Shown piece after piece: positions 1-40,700 of a stretch of DNA of 64,000 nucleotides. Positions within the stretch are counted from its first letter, which is position 1. Every line of letters begins with the position of its first letter. The notes under the pieces were generated by a model that was not told the origin of the DNA, did not search any database, and saw only the letters and a program-made list of their open reading frames with translations. Source of the stretch: Macrostomum lignano (Eukaryota); assembly GCA_002269645.1 (NCBI GenBank), contig NIVC01000696.1:1-64000 (forward strand), in the 5' to 3' direction. Position numbers and translations under genes: made by a program.

Positions 1-1400
1 TATCCCACTGTCTCCCTCCCTCCCTCCCTCCCATCTCCCTGTCTCCCTCTCCTATCTCACTTTCTCCATCTTCTATCTCAGTGTCTCCTCTCCTATCCCA
101 CTGTCTCCCTCCCTCCCTCCCTCCCATCTCACTGTCTCCCTCTCCTATCTCACTTTCTCCATCTTCTATCTCAGTGTCTCCCTCACCCTCTTACTGTCTC
201 CCTCTCCCATCTCACTGTCTCCCTCTCTCTCATTGTCTCCATCTCCCATCTCACTGTCTCCCTCTCTCATCTCACTGTCTCCCTCTCTCATCTCACTTTC
301 TCCATCTTCTATCTCAGTGTCTCCCTCTCCTATCCCACTGTCTCCCTCCCTCCCTCCCTCCCTCCTCCCATCTCACTGTCTCCCTCTCCTATCTCACTTT
401 CTCCATCTTCTATCTCAGTGTCTCCCTCACCCTCTTACTGTCTCCCTCTCCCATCTCACTGTCTCCCTCTCTCTCATTGTCTCCATCTCCCATCTCACTG
501 TCTCCCTCTCTCATCTCACTGTCTCCCTCTCTCATCTCACTTTCTCCATCTTCTATCTCAGTGTCTCCCTCTCCTATCCCACTGTCTCCCTCCCTCCCTC
601 CCTCCCTCCCTCCCATCTCACTGTCTCCCTCTCCTATCTCACTTTCTCCATCTTCTATCTCAGTGTCTCCCTCACCCTCTTACTGTCTCCCTCTCCCATC
701 TCACTGTCTCCCTCTCTCTTATTGTCTCCCTCCCATCTCACTGTCTCCCTCTCTCATTGTCTCCCTCCCATCTCACTGTCTCCCTTTCCATCTCATTGTC
801 TCCCTCTCTCATCTCACTTTCTCCATCTTCTATCTCAGTGTCTCCCTCTCCTATCCCACTGTCTCCCTCCCTCCCTCCCTCCCTCCCATCTCACTGTCTC
901 CCTCTCCTATCTCACTTTCTCCATCTTCTATCTCAGTGTCTCCCTCACCTCTTACTGTCTCCCTCTCCCATCTCACTGTCTCCCTCTCTCTCATTGTCTC
1001 CCTCCCATCTCACTGTCTCCCTCTCTCTCATTGTCTCCCTCCCATCTCACTGTCTCCCTTTCCCATCTCATTGTTCCCTCTCTCATCTCACTTTCTCATC
1101 TTCTATCTCACTGTCTCCCTCCCTCCTATCTCACTGTCTCGCTCTATCTCATTGTCTCCTCTCCTATCTCACTGTCTCCCCCTCTCATCTCACTGTATCT
1201 CTCTCATTTCAATGTCTCCCACTCATCTCTGTCTCCCTTTCTCATCTCACTTTCTCCATCTTCTATCTCAGTGTCTCCCTCTCATGTCACTATTTCTCTC
1301 TCCCATCTCACTGTTCCCTCTCCCATCTCACTGTCTCTCTCATCTCACTCTCCCTCTCCTATCCACTGTCTCCGTCCCATCTCACCGTCTCCCTCCATTA
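1..1400. repeat. CT-rich minisatellite in XPO7 intron
   Basis: Variants of CCATCTCACTGTCTCCCTCT with higher-order repetition. Confidence 0.9.
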
Positions 1401-1516
1401 TGTGTCTATCGATCCATATCCCGCCTCACACTGTTTCCTGTTCTTCGATACTACAAGTAGTAAAGCTAGTACTAGAACAAAAATTTAATACCGAACTAAA
1501 CAACACTGGATGGCAG

Positions 1517-2140
1517 GTCTGGGGCGCCTCCCCCGAGGTGACCACCCCGATCCTGAAGCTGTACGCCGAGGTGGCGCAAAACCGGTCCAACCGGCTGCAG
1601 TTCGACGTGGCCAGCCCGGACGGTGTCCTCCTGTTCCGCGAGCTGTCCCGGGTTGTCTGCACCTACGGCGAAGGCCTTCTAGCCAGACAGCCGCCTAAGG
1701 AACGAATCTATCATCACAAGTTGAAGGGCATCGCTGTCTGCTTTACTATATTGAAAGCAAGTCTATCTGGCAACTATGTGAACCTTGGCGTATTCAGTCT
1801 GTACCAGGACCCAGCATTGGACTCTGCGCTGTCTGTATTTGTCCGCCTATTGCTCAGCGTTGAACAGACTGAACTGTTGCAATATCCGAAACTGTCTCAG
1901 GCTTATTATCCTCTGCTGGACTGTCTGGCCCAGGACCATGTGTACTTCTTGGCCGGCTCCGAGCCCACTGTCTTTCTGTACGTGCTGCAATCCGTTCACG
2001 ATGGCCTGACTTCTTCCGATACTCTGGTCTGCTCGGCTTGCTGCGCTGTGCTCGATAGTCTGCTCAGCTTCCTCTTCACCTGTCTGCAACGGCGCGGCAG
2101 ACTAAGGCCTCGGCAAAGGGAGGCGTGCGATCGAATGCAG
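1517..2140 (+). CDS. XPO7: Exportin-7 (RanBP16), penultimate exon
   Basis: Translation PILKLYAEVAQNRSNRLQFDVASPDGVLLFRE...KLKGIAVCF...YVNLGVFSLY...YPKLSQAYYPLL matches the XPO7/RanBP17 C-terminal region. Acceptor GGCAG|GTC at 1517; 624 nt, phase 0; ends at a probable GC donor (CAG|GCGAGT). Confidence 0.93.
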
Positions 2141-2199
2141 GCGAGTTGCTGCGATGCTGGGATTTGGAAAAATATGAGGAGTTCTGGTCCGCTATCAGT

Positions 2200-2620
2200 A
2201 TTTATTGGTTGCCATGGGACTTCTGGGTTGCTATGGCGATTAATTGGTTGTCATGGGAAATTCTGGATTGTTATGGGGATTTCTTGATTGTCATGGGAAA
2301 TTCTGGGTTGCTATGGCGATTTATTTGTTGTCATTGCTAATTCTGGGTTGCTATGGGGATTTATTGATTGTCATTGGAAATTCTAGGTTGCTATGAGGAT
2401 TTATTGGTGTCATTGCTAATTCTGGGTGGTTATGGGGATTTATTGGTTGTCATGGGGATTTCTAAGTTTCTATGAGGTTTTATGGCTCTATGAGGATGTT
2501 TGTTTTGCTATGGGGATTTGAATCGATTATGGAGTTTAAGAGTCACTATTCGGATTTATTGGTTATGTATAGATTTGGAGATTGATGATATGGAGACTTC
2601 TAGGTTGCTATGGGATTAAT
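2200..2620. repeat. Degenerate ~40-bp array in XPO7 last intron
   Basis: TTATTGGTTGTCATGGGAAATTCTGGGTTGCTATGGGGAT-like units, decaying 3'. Confidence 0.75.
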
Positions 2621-2752
2621 AATCGCTTTGTATAATTTTCGTGGATTCGGTTTGGGAACCTCTATGAACTATTAGGGCTATTATCGAGTTATATATAGAG
2701 GATTTTAAATGGTTAATATATTAATAATCGCTTGCAATTTCCGCCCACGCAG

Positions 2753-3121
2753 ACCAGTGTCCAGCCCCGCCTGCTGGAGCAGCTGCTGGTCACCCTGCTC
2801 AACATTGTGGTATTCGAAGATTGCCGGCACCAATGGAGCCTGTCCCGGCCGCTGCTGCCGCTCATACTGCTAAATGAGAAATGCTTCCAAGAGGTGCGCG
2901 CCTCCATCATCAGCTCGCAGCAGTGGGGCGGCGGCCAGGCCGGGATGGAGCGGCAATCGGCCGTGTCCGCCTGTTTCGACAAGCTCATGGAGGGCGTCGA
3001 GCGGAATCTGCTGGTTCGGAATCGGGACAAGTTCACCCAGAATCTGTCGCTGTTCAGGCGGGACATTGGCGACGCGTTGAAAGCCGCCCCGGCTGTTGAC
3101 CTTGGCAACGAGATGTCCTGA
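2753..3121 (+). CDS. XPO7: Exportin-7, last exon
   Basis: [31 protein letters not shown]...[31 protein letters not shown] matches the XPO7 C-terminus. Acceptor CGCAG|ACC; TGA at 3119-3121. Confidence 0.93.
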   Translation, partial: TSVQPRLLEQLLVTLLNIVVFEDCRHQWSLSRPLLPLILLNEKCFQEVRASIISSQQWGGGQAGMERQSAVSACFDKLMEGVERNLLVRNRDKFTQNLSLFRRDIGDALKAAPAVDLGNEMS

Positions 3122-4394
3122 ATACTGCAATTGATTAAACAGCAGGACCGACTAGGCCAAAAACACAGGCGTCAGAGACTTGTTGCTTTCCTTTATTTAT
3201 AAAATCCCGTCCCCTCTGTTCTCTCTAATCTTGGCTTTAGCACCACCTATCAATTATGTGTGTTATTTCACAGAAAGCTGGGCTGCTTCGTTTCTATGAA
3301 AAATATGTTTTTTGAAGGCTCAAAGTAGCAAGCATTGAGCCTTTGAAAATTTCTTGAAACGATTTGCCTCGTCTTGTCTACTTACTAATAGTAGTACACG
3401 GTTTGAATTTGTATTTAATCTACATGAAAAAGGTGTGTATTATAATGCCTAATGCTAAGTACTTTTTAATGTCCATAATAGGCCAGTAAATAAAAAAATT
3501 ATATTTATTACGCCTAAGTACATTGTTAATGTACATGTTCAAGTGTACAGATTGCTCACACACTGCGGTGACGTGCAAAATGCGCCCACTAAATTTACAT
3601 ATTTTAATATAATTTAATTATCAAAAAATGCTTCATATTTCCTGTGTACTCTATGGTTATTTTTGCAGGCATTGAGCAGTGTACATCATGTCTAATGTCT
3701 AGTTTCTGGCTGCAGGTCGATATTCTGTAAAAACAATTTCTTATTTAGTAGGTTAAAAAACGGTGAGTAGCTTTTTTGCTTTAATCTTGCTGTATTCAAG
3801 TTTGGCACAAGTACAACTAGTTACATTCAAATTAGCATTTCGGAAGAAATTCTCTGACCGAAATTGCTTTGAGAGAGACACATAGAGATTGTTCCCGACT
3901 TATAATGTGCATTATGGTTTTACCCCTGATTTGCAACTTATTGATGCCATCAAATGCAAGAAAGATTTATTACTGTCAACCGACTGCTTCACAGACCCCC
4001 TGTTTGGGCCATAGACAGGTGAACAGCAAGTCTTTAGTAGCTTGGCTCTCCCGCAAAGGATTGAACTGCTTGCACCTAGGTAAATGCTAAATTTCCGAGT
4101 ATCTATAATCCGGTCCTCGGGTCAATTAATAAGCATATTTTTTCTTGTCTGATTTTTACTGCTCGCGTGTTAGATTATTTTGTGTCTAAAAATTGCTTCT
4201 TTTATTATCCCTTTCCATTTGTTCAACTGTCTGTATTCATTGATTTTATTGTAACACGCGGTCTGTTAACCATTGCTGTTTGCTAACTATTATATTAATC
4301 TATTGTTGGAACTTTGCCGTTCAATACCTGTGCCCAAGTTGTCAAGCGGAAGGATTTTTCTTAGTTGCTTCTTCTATTATATAGGATCACTTGG

Positions 4395-4847
4395 ATTGAA
4401 TCTAATCCAAGATTTGTTTGCAATGGAGCTTTTGTCTATGGTGGCAGGGCTGCCACAGCGGCATTTAAATTGGTCCATAGCGGCTATGAAACCCAATCAT
4501 GAGTCACAGTTGTGTAATGCAATTTATTGAAGCAAATTTCACTGTGCCAACACAAGGTGACGTCAAAAATTCAAAGAGCAAAAAGCCCATGGCATTTGTT
4601 CAACAGTCTGGCATAATGGTCCACGATTCTGGGGCTTATGAAGCACCGATTTCTTGCTCACTGCCTGTGACAGTCATGTCTAAATGAAAATCTAGGGGTG
4701 AAACTGCAGAGTGACTATGAGATCAAATTAGATGCCGCTGTGCCAGCCTTGCTACTATAGACAGAAGCTCCGTTACTTTGGCAAACGTATCTTGGATTAA
4801 ATTCAATGCGTGTAGGCCCAAATGGACTGCAAAATGCTGTACTGCCT
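4395..4847. mobile_element. MITE family A (long inverted repeats), copy 1
   Basis: Inverted copy of 24839-25366; internal inverted repeat GTCTATGG...GCGGCAT / ATGCCGC...TATAGAC. Confidence 0.7.
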
Positions 4848-5186
4848 TTGTCTGTTATAGCTACTCAATGAAAATGCGCAGCACGTAGGTCGGATTTATA
4901 ATAGATATTGATTAGAGAGGTTGGGCCATAGACAGCAGAAACAGTGAGAAACAGAGGTCATTGTGCTCCTACGCATGCGAATAAGCGCATGTACGCTGGC
5001 GCACACTGGCTCACATAGGATGTACAGCGGTCCTGACTCTCTTATCTGTCAGTCATGTACACTTTTTTGGCCCTCCAATCTAGCGCTTCAGAACTTCAAA
5101 CAATCAAACGACTGCATTATTGTAGTATAGCTTGGCCAGACAAAAGCCAATCACCTTGGCATTTTGCCTGCTAGATTGAATCCAAC

Positions 5187-5537
5187 ATGGGACAAAGGTT
5201 TGGAGAATGCCGTATTATGCATATTTATTGAGTTATCACTTGCCACCGAAGCCCGCGTGTGTGGTTTCGTTGTCTAAAATTCGATTTGTATTTTTTCTAC
5301 TCAAGGTCGAGTTGCTCGAGTCCGGTCCCCACCGATTTATCTCCTCTGCCCCGACTACAGGAGCAACCAGCAACGCTTGTTCGGTCTCTGTTTAAAAATG
5401 CATTTACTTCTATTTGTAGTAGTAATAGCGGTATAAACTGTAATGACAAGTTCGCCCGAGGCTCTTCTTTAATGAAGAAAACAATAAATCAAATAAATTA
5501 TAAATTGGATGCGCAGCCTGTGCGCGTGCGTATCTGA
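5187..5537 (+). CDS. Candidate small two-exon gene (80 aa, MGQRSSC... N-terminus)
   Basis: Exons 5187-5197 and 5306-5537 joined by a 108-nt GT-AG intron in matching phase 2. ATTAAA lies about 45 nt after the stop. No homology recognised. Confidence 0.35.
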
Positions 5538-5689
5538 AATTCGGATTGAGCGATGACTGACTTTGAAAAATACTTGTTTTAATTAAATGCGTGTCCAAGT
5601 GTGGTCTGTTCTATTTATTCGATTAGTTTACATTCACAAGTCAGGCAGAAGAACAGGGCAGGACGGACAGGACCAGCTTACACAGATCA

Positions 5690-6372
5690 TCGAAGACAGG
5701 AACAGCTGACATATCATAGGGAGACAGGAACAGCTGACATATCATAGGAGACAGGATCAGCTGACAGATCATAGGAGACAGGAACAGCTGACATCGTAGG
5801 AGACAGGACCAGCGCACATATCATAGGAGACAGGACCAGCGCACATATCATAGGAGACAGGACCAGCGCACATATCATAGGAGACAGGAACAGCTGACAT
5901 ATCATAGGGAGACAGAAACAGCTGACAGATCATAGGGAGACAGGAACAGCTGACAGATCATAGGAGACAGGAACAGCTGACATATCATAGGGAGACAGAA
6001 ACAGCTGACAGATCATAGGGAGACAGGAACAGCTGACAGATCATAGGAGACAGGAACAGCTGACAGATCATAGGAGACAGGAACAGCTGACAGATCATAG
6101 GAGACAGGAACAGCTGACAGATCATAGGAGACAGGAACAGCTGACAGATCATAGGAGACAGGAACAGCTGACAGATCATAGGAGACAGGAACAGCTGACA
6201 GATCATAGGAGACAGGAACAGCTGACAGATCATAGGAGACAGGAACAGCTGACAGATCATAGGAGACAGGAACAGCTGACAGATCATAGGAGACAGGAAC
6301 AGCTGACAGATCATAGGAGACAGGAACAGCTGACAGATCATAGGAGACAGGAACAGCTGACAGATCATAGGG
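5690..6372. repeat. 27-bp minisatellite
   Basis: Unit GACAGGAACAGCTGACAGATCATAGGA. Confidence 0.95.
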
Positions 6373-7448
6373 AGAAGGAAGACGGGAATTTTTTATGTTT
6401 TAAGGATTGTCTCTCAATTTAGTCAGAAAAAAGGTGCAAGCAAATAGCTTTACACCACTTTCTCTTCACAATTGCGAGTTAAAGATGTCTGTCTCATATA
6501 AACACGAGCGTATATCTATATATATATCTATATCTCGTATGTCTAATTGAAATCAGACATTATTTACAAACCTAAATTAATAATCTCCCAACAGGGAATA
6601 TTGTATCTGCATGGCAACACCATTCTGTCTAGACCATACAAAATATGCAATGAAGGGTGACGATTTGTACTCGTATTTATAGTTTGCAGAAATATGGGAA
6701 ATTTGGCAACCAGTTCCCCGACATTTCTATCCAATTTAATTGGCCTTTCTGAATGCTCCTCCCTGTGCGCTGTTTAAAGCCTGCTGGCTAGCTGCTGGAA
6801 ACTCTGTACTCATCCTGTGCTCTCTAAATTCTCTTCCCAGAAGCAGCTGCAGTGCTCCAGAAAAGCTCCTAGAGACCGTGTCGCCCAACCCCTCCCAAGC
6901 TTGTACTGCCGACCGGATCGCTCACCCCATGCCTCCAGCTCCTTAGCATTGCATTCTCCCTCATCTCCCAGCCTCTCCCCTAGCATTGGGTGCAGAGGTT
7001 ATCTCCCCGCCCCACACACGCACGCCTGTGCACGGGACACACTGCATGGCATCCACTTTCAAAGTGCTGGCGCCGCCGCCAGCCTCTCGCGCCGCTGAAA
7101 CCTCCCGACAGCTCAGCCCCATCGATTTTCCTGCCCCTTCGGCTTTCTCTCTCTCTTGGCTGCACTTCCCCTCCCAGCCTCCCCCCAGACCGTCCTATCT
7201 GCATGCTAGATGAAGCGCTTAGGACTGGCCCTATCAGTGCCGCTGGAGCCCGCAGACGTCCCACGTAGTAGCGAAGCCTGCAGGACAGACAGTCGGACAA
7301 AGCGAACCGGCCCTGGTGGTGTGTGTGACACGTGTCTGCATGCCCGCCTGCCGCTGCTGCTGCCTCTGCAGCACAAGCCAGTCTGTTGGTCTATTTTCTT
7401 CTATTAGTATTTTAATAACAGACTTATAGACTCGGAACTCCTAGGGTC

Positions 7449-34837
<27,389 letters not shown>

Positions 34838-34982
34838 CCAATTCGCTTTCATTCAGCACAAAAGTCTCCATGAAGTTCTCAGAACACTTTTATCTGCTTA
34901 TTTTCTCTGTTAGACTACTTAATAGTAACATAGTGAGCGTATAGCTATAAAAATATTTGCTGCATGCATTCAAAAATGGTGG

Positions 34983-34988
34983 AATAAA
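34983..34988 (+). terminator. Polyadenylation signal of unc-104 (proximal 3' end)
   Basis: AATAAA about 145 nt after the stop at 34837. Confidence 0.5.
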
Positions 34989-35294
34989 TATTTATTACAA
35001 TATATGACATTCCCAGACTCTGCGCCCCATCATTTGCAAAGATAATAGACTGCAGTAATCCGTTTACTAGATTTGTTATATTGAAATATTATATTCAATT
35101 ATACCTTGAATATTGTGCTAAGACTGTGATCAGCTTCAGTTCCTCAGCGTCATATTCTTGCATATTCGATTCCAATTTTTGTCAGATTTTCATCTTAGTA
35201 GCTCTTCCGGTTGATTTTCTGCTACAGGCTCTGCTCCAAAAATTATTATTTTTAATGCTTTCTTTGAGTTGCTTTGATTGCGCTTGTCTGTCAG

Positions 35295-36718
35295 ATCCGC
35301 TGCTGCACTGCGGTTGTCATGGGAACAGAATCGTGGGAGCGATACGGGTAAGCTACTCTACTACAGGGATGTCTGTAGCTACTCTACTACAGGGATGTCT
35401 GTAGCTACTTTATACAGGGATGTCTGTAGCTACTCTACTGCAGGGATGTTTGTAGCTACTCTACTACAGGGATGTCTGTAGCTACTCTACTACAGGGATG
35501 TCTGTAGCTACTCTACTACAGGGATGTCTGTAGCTACTCTACTACAGGGATGTCTGTAGCTACTCTACTACAGGGATGTCTGTAGCTACTCTACTACAGG
35601 GATGTCTGTAGCTACTCTACTACAGGGATGTCTGTAGCTACTCTACTACAGGGATGTCTGTAGCTACTCTACTACAGGGATGTCTGTAGCTACTCTACTA
35701 CAGGGATATGTCTGTAGCTACTCTACTACAGGGATGTCTGTAGCTACTCTACTACAGGGATGTCTGTAGCTACTCTACTACAGGGATGTCTGTAGCTACT
35801 CTACTACAGGGCTGTCTGTAGCTACTCTACTACAGGGATGTCTGTAGCTACTCTACTACAGGGATGTCTGTAGCTACTCTACTGCAGGGATATGTCTGTA
35901 GCTACTCTACTACAGGGATGTCTGTAGCTACTCTACTGCAGGGATATGTCTGTAGCTACTCTACTACAGGGATGTCTGTAGCTACTCTACTACAGGGATG
36001 TCTGTAGCTACTCTACTACAGGGATGTCTGTAGCTACTCTACTGCAGGGATATGTCTGTAGCTACTCTACTACAGGGATGTCTGTAGCTACTCTACTACA
36101 GGGATGTCTGTAGCTACTCTACTACAGGGATGTCTGTAGCTACTCTACTGCAGGGATATGTCTGTAGCTACTCTACTACAGGGCTGTCTGTAGCTACTCT
36201 ACTACAGGGATGTCTGTAGCTACTCTACTACAGGGATGTCTGTAGCTACTCTACTACAGGGATGTCTGTAGCTACTCTACTACAGGGATGTCTGTAGCTA
36301 CTCTACTACAGGGATGTCTGTAGCTACTCTACTGCAGGGATATGTCTGTAGCTACTCTACTGCAGGGATATGTCTGTAGCTACTCTACTACAGGGATGTC
36401 TGTAGCTACTCTACTACAGGGATATGTCTGTAGCTACTCTACTGCAGGGATGTCTGTAGCTACTCTACTACAGGGATGTCTGTAGCTACTCTACTACAGG
36501 GATGTCTGTAGCTACTCTACTGCAGGGATATGTCTGTAGCTACTCTACTACAGGGATGTCTGTAGCTACTCTACTGCAGGGATATGTCTGTAGCTACTCT
36601 ACTACAGGGATGTCTGTAGCTACTCTACTGCAGGGCTGCATCAGCTTATCTTGGTTCTAGCAGCCTCACCAATATCCAGTATTTCCATAGACCAACTTCT
36701 GACCTCCAACAAAGCTAA
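35295..36718 (+). CDS. Alternative unc-104 C-terminal exons (35295-35347 and 36645-36718)
   Basis: Acceptor TGTCAG|ATC (phase 2), donor G|GTAAGC, acceptor CATCAG|CT. The frame stays open: R-SAAALRLSWEQNRGSDT-A-YLGSSSLTNIQYFHRPTSDLQQS*. The intron brackets a 26-bp array almost exactly. Confidence 0.5.
35350..36633. repeat. 26-bp minisatellite
   Basis: Unit TGTCTGTAGCTACTCTACTACAGGGA, with an internal CTGTAG/CTACAG inverted repeat. Confidence 0.95.
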
Positions 36719-37087
36719 GTAAATTGTAACTATTGTTTGTCATCATTTATAAAAATTTCGTTTTTAAAAGTTTATACGTCAATGCAGTAAACCCACAGAA
36801 CTTGCAGTCCTGCTGTTGTGGCTTACTGAGGATTTATTCACTCTATTTTCATCTCCAATATTCGTTATTATATGCTGTTATTGATATAATATTCTATGCT
36901 TAACCAAGATAAAGTATATAAAGTACAAAAATATTATAAAAATGCTTTTAATGCCTTGTAGCCAATATTCACCACCGGCCGCTGTGACCAGAAACAGCTC
37001 GTTGGAAAAGTACATTGTCATTATATTCTTTTTTATTCCATGTGTAAAATCAAAGCAAATTTGGCGGTACGAATCTGGAAGTTAACA

Positions 37088-37500
37088 GACAAGGTGATAA
37101 GAGTGGCGGTGGATCAAAGGACGATGGTGATAAGAGTGGCGGCAGATCAAAGGACGATGGTGATAAGAGTGGCGGCAGATCAAAGGAAGATGGTGATAAG
37201 AGTGGCGGTGGATCAAAGGACGATGGTGATAAGAGTGGCAGCAGATCAAAGGACGATGGTGATAAGAGTGGCGGCAGATCAAAGGAAGATGGTGATAAGA
37301 GTGGCGGCAGATCAAAGGACGATGGTGATAAGAGTGGCGGTGGATCAAAGGACGATGGTGATAGGAGTGGCGGTGGATCAAAGGACGATGGCGATAAGAG
37401 TCGCAGCAGATTAAAAAACGATGGTGATAGGAGTGGCGGTGGATCAAAGGACGATAGTGATAAGAGTGGCGGCAGATTAAAAAACAATGGTGATACCTGT
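37088..37500. repeat. 33-bp minisatellite
   Basis: Unit GATGGTGATAAGAGTGGCGGCAGATCAAAGGAC. Confidence 0.95.
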
Positions 37501-37782
37501 AAGAGGGGCGGCCGATCCAAAGACAGCTCCATGGAAATTTTTTAAGGCCACAACTTATTTAGCAAGATACATGTATTACTTCTTTTATTTCTTTCAATGC
37601 GCTAACCTGATCATTTTTAGCACTCCCAAATCAATCGGGGTTTTTCGACATTTTAAACAGCTAAAGTGGTCTTTGTACTGTCCAATAATATATCTAAAAT
37701 GGTCCTTGTTCCTTCAACACCCCACCATTGCGCACCCATCAATCAATCAATCAATCTATCAATCAATCAATCTATCAATCGA

Positions 37783-40700
37783 TCAATCGCTTGACGGCTG
37801 GACGCAGCCGGCAAACGTCTCGTGCGAGTCGACCGTCATCGCGCGGTAGCCGCCGTCCACCAGCAGGTCTGCGCCGGTGACAAATCCGGCGTCGCGGCTG
37901 CACAGAAAGGTGACGACGCCAGCCACCTCGCTGGTGTTGCCCTCGCGTCCGAGTGCGCTGTACCGGCTGACCCGATCGGCCATGCCGGCCCTGGTGCCGT
38001 CGGGCGACACCTTTGCCTGCTCGGGTGACCAGATGTAGCCAGGGCTGACCGAGTTGACTCGAACCCCGGCCGCACCCAGGTCGACGGACATGCCTCGGCT
38101 CAGCGACACGATGGCGCCCTTCGTGGCCACGTAGGTCCAGCGGCCCTTGTAGGCGCTGTAGGCGGCGGCGCTACTCAAGTTCACCACAGCGCGCCTGCCC
38201 TCTGGCGCCAGGCGCATGAACGGCAGGGCCGCTTGCACCGTGTTGAAATAGCCGGTCACGTTCACTTCCTGCAGTTTAAATCAAATGCATCTTTTGTGTA
38301 CTAATATCAGTAGAAAGATCGACTTTTGCAATTGTTTCTATGTAAATTAAATGTCGAAAATAAAAAATATGCCTGACCGACTGCAAGGTGGCCAGGAATT
38401 GCAAATCCACCTCTACTCAGAGCTGCAACCACCCATGGCAGAAGGACTTTCGATTCACGACCCCGTGCTCGGCCACAATAATCTGGGGCTTGAGCATGAA
38501 AATTGGCCGGGGGTTTTCGTGCGATTCTCGGCCATGAGCGTGTACGAGTGCGTGCCTGCGTACAGTATTGGCGCGCTTGGCTGTGCTCAGGACTCAGCGG
38601 GATTTGCAGAATTGCCGTCTATGCGCTGGTTATGGGACGGTGTCGCCGAAGTTTTCAGGTGCCCTCCTGGAAATATTCATTCACATTTTTTCACAACAGG
38701 ATGAACTCCAGAGCTCTGCAATCGACAACTGGAATTCACTCATGGCAGTTTTGAGAACCTATTCAACTTTGTACTAACCGTGAGCAATTCTGCTTAACTT
38801 GCAGATGCTGAATATAAATGCGCTCGCCCTGTGCTCATAATCTGTTGAGAAAGGATTAATCATTGTATAACCTACATGATCAGCCAAGTACTCGTCTAAA
38901 ATTTGAGTTACAGTTGGCCTGATTGCACTCAAATCAAAAAGGCAAAAGGCAGAAGCTGAAAGGCATTATGGATATCAGCCAATGTCACGGCTCCTTCATA
39001 AAAGCATTAAAAGCATTTTTGTACTCATTTAAACAATAGCGAGATAAAATTAGATCTTCAAGGATTATTAAAGGTTTTATTTTGCATTCTGCAAAGGTAA
39101 AGGCATTTTGAAGCTTAGTGAAAAACATTGGGCGTCTGTACTGTTCGCGTACTTTACGGGAATGTTTTTTTTATCTGAAACGCATCGTTCGGATCCTAGA
39201 GACGTCATGGTCAATTGTTCTTATGAAATTAGACGGTGCACTGGAGTCCCTAAATTGACAATCAATCTGGTTTGTTTGCTCTCTTATCTTGATGTAGATT
39301 TGCGAAAGTTTATGGGAAACCGGCAATGGGAAAAAACGTTGTATCCTCTTAATACATGTAGATTTTTCTTTGACTTTGCACGGAATTCAATAAAGTTTTA
39401 CCATAGACAAGCTCGGTTAACTAAAGCACACTAAAGCAAGGATCTCATACTTCGAAGTACAACAGCTCATAAAGCAAAGATTTTCCGGGACATTGGGCCG
39501 TATGAATAAAAAAAAGAATTTTTTTTCTTGCAAGAAATCCAAGAATTTCTTGCGTTTATAAGAATAAAAAACTGCGAGTTTCTTGCAAGATTTTCTCGCC
39601 AAGAAAATCTCGAGGTTTCACAAGAAAAGATTTGCTCGGCAAGAAAATCTCACGAGGAAAAGATTTTCTTGCTTTCTGATGAATAAAAGACGTGATTTTC
39701 TCGCCGAGAGAGCCGACACTTGAGTTTTATGCGAGCAACTCTTTCTCTGGCTCAAGCGAATCTTCAGGTAAACTCCACATGGATTTTGCCACTTTCTAGT
39801 AGGATTTTTCTGGACGGATTTTCGGTGTTCACGTGGTTTTAGCCATAGACACAGCATGGGCTGCGCCCAAGCCTGAGGAGACGGCCGTCGATTCCACGTC
39901 ACCGACATCTTGGTTTGGGCCCTAGACAACTTTCAGCCAAGTGGCAGTCGCCGAGAAAATCTCACGAGCCGAGAAACTTTTATTCATGTCTTTTCTAGAA
40001 TATCTTGACTCGTAAGATTTTCTCCAACAGATTTTCTTGCCGGAAAAGAATTTCTTTAAAGAAATTCTTGGCTCGAAAGATAATCTTTAAAGATTTTCTC
40101 ACGTTTTATTCATACGGCCCATTATTTGCGTTCTCCCGGAAGGGGCAGTCTCTCGTAAAATACTTGTCTGTGTTTTACGTTCGTAAATGAGATTAAGCAT
40201 GCCTATAGAGCCTATATAAAATACCTTGAACAAAGTGAATGGTTGCTTCATTTAAAATCTGGAAGCCCCTGAAAGTGAAATATTAACAATTTATTCAATT
40301 TAAAAACTTTAAAATCAACTTCTAACAAAAAGACCGACTCCTCTCTCAAGAACGTCGTCACACTCAACCACAAAGCGTCAATTGCTGCCTACCTGGCAGA
40401 GTGCCCAGTCCTGGTTGGTGGCGTCCAGCCCCCTGCCCAGGAAGGTGCAGGCGCAGTTCACCAGGCAGTTGATCCACCGGCCGTCGCCCTCCTGGGGGCA
40501 CCAGTCCGCCAGCTGGCTGCAGGCCGCCTTGCACGACTCTGGTTTCGTTACGTCGCCATGACAACCGAGCACCGCTTGGAATCCTTGCTGTTTCAAGTCG
40601 TCAACGACCGCATCTAGACCCGCCTTATTGGCGTCCAAAATGCCGACTGTGGCGCCGTCGTTGATGAATCGTTCAACAACGGCGCGGCCAATCCCACTGG

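Noticed and set aside
81-1488. Long Ser/Leu/Pro-rich ORFs (81-1460, 418-1488, and the 5' part of 233-2287)
   Set aside because: These are stop-free translations of a CT-rich intronic array. Only 1517-2140 matches XPO7.
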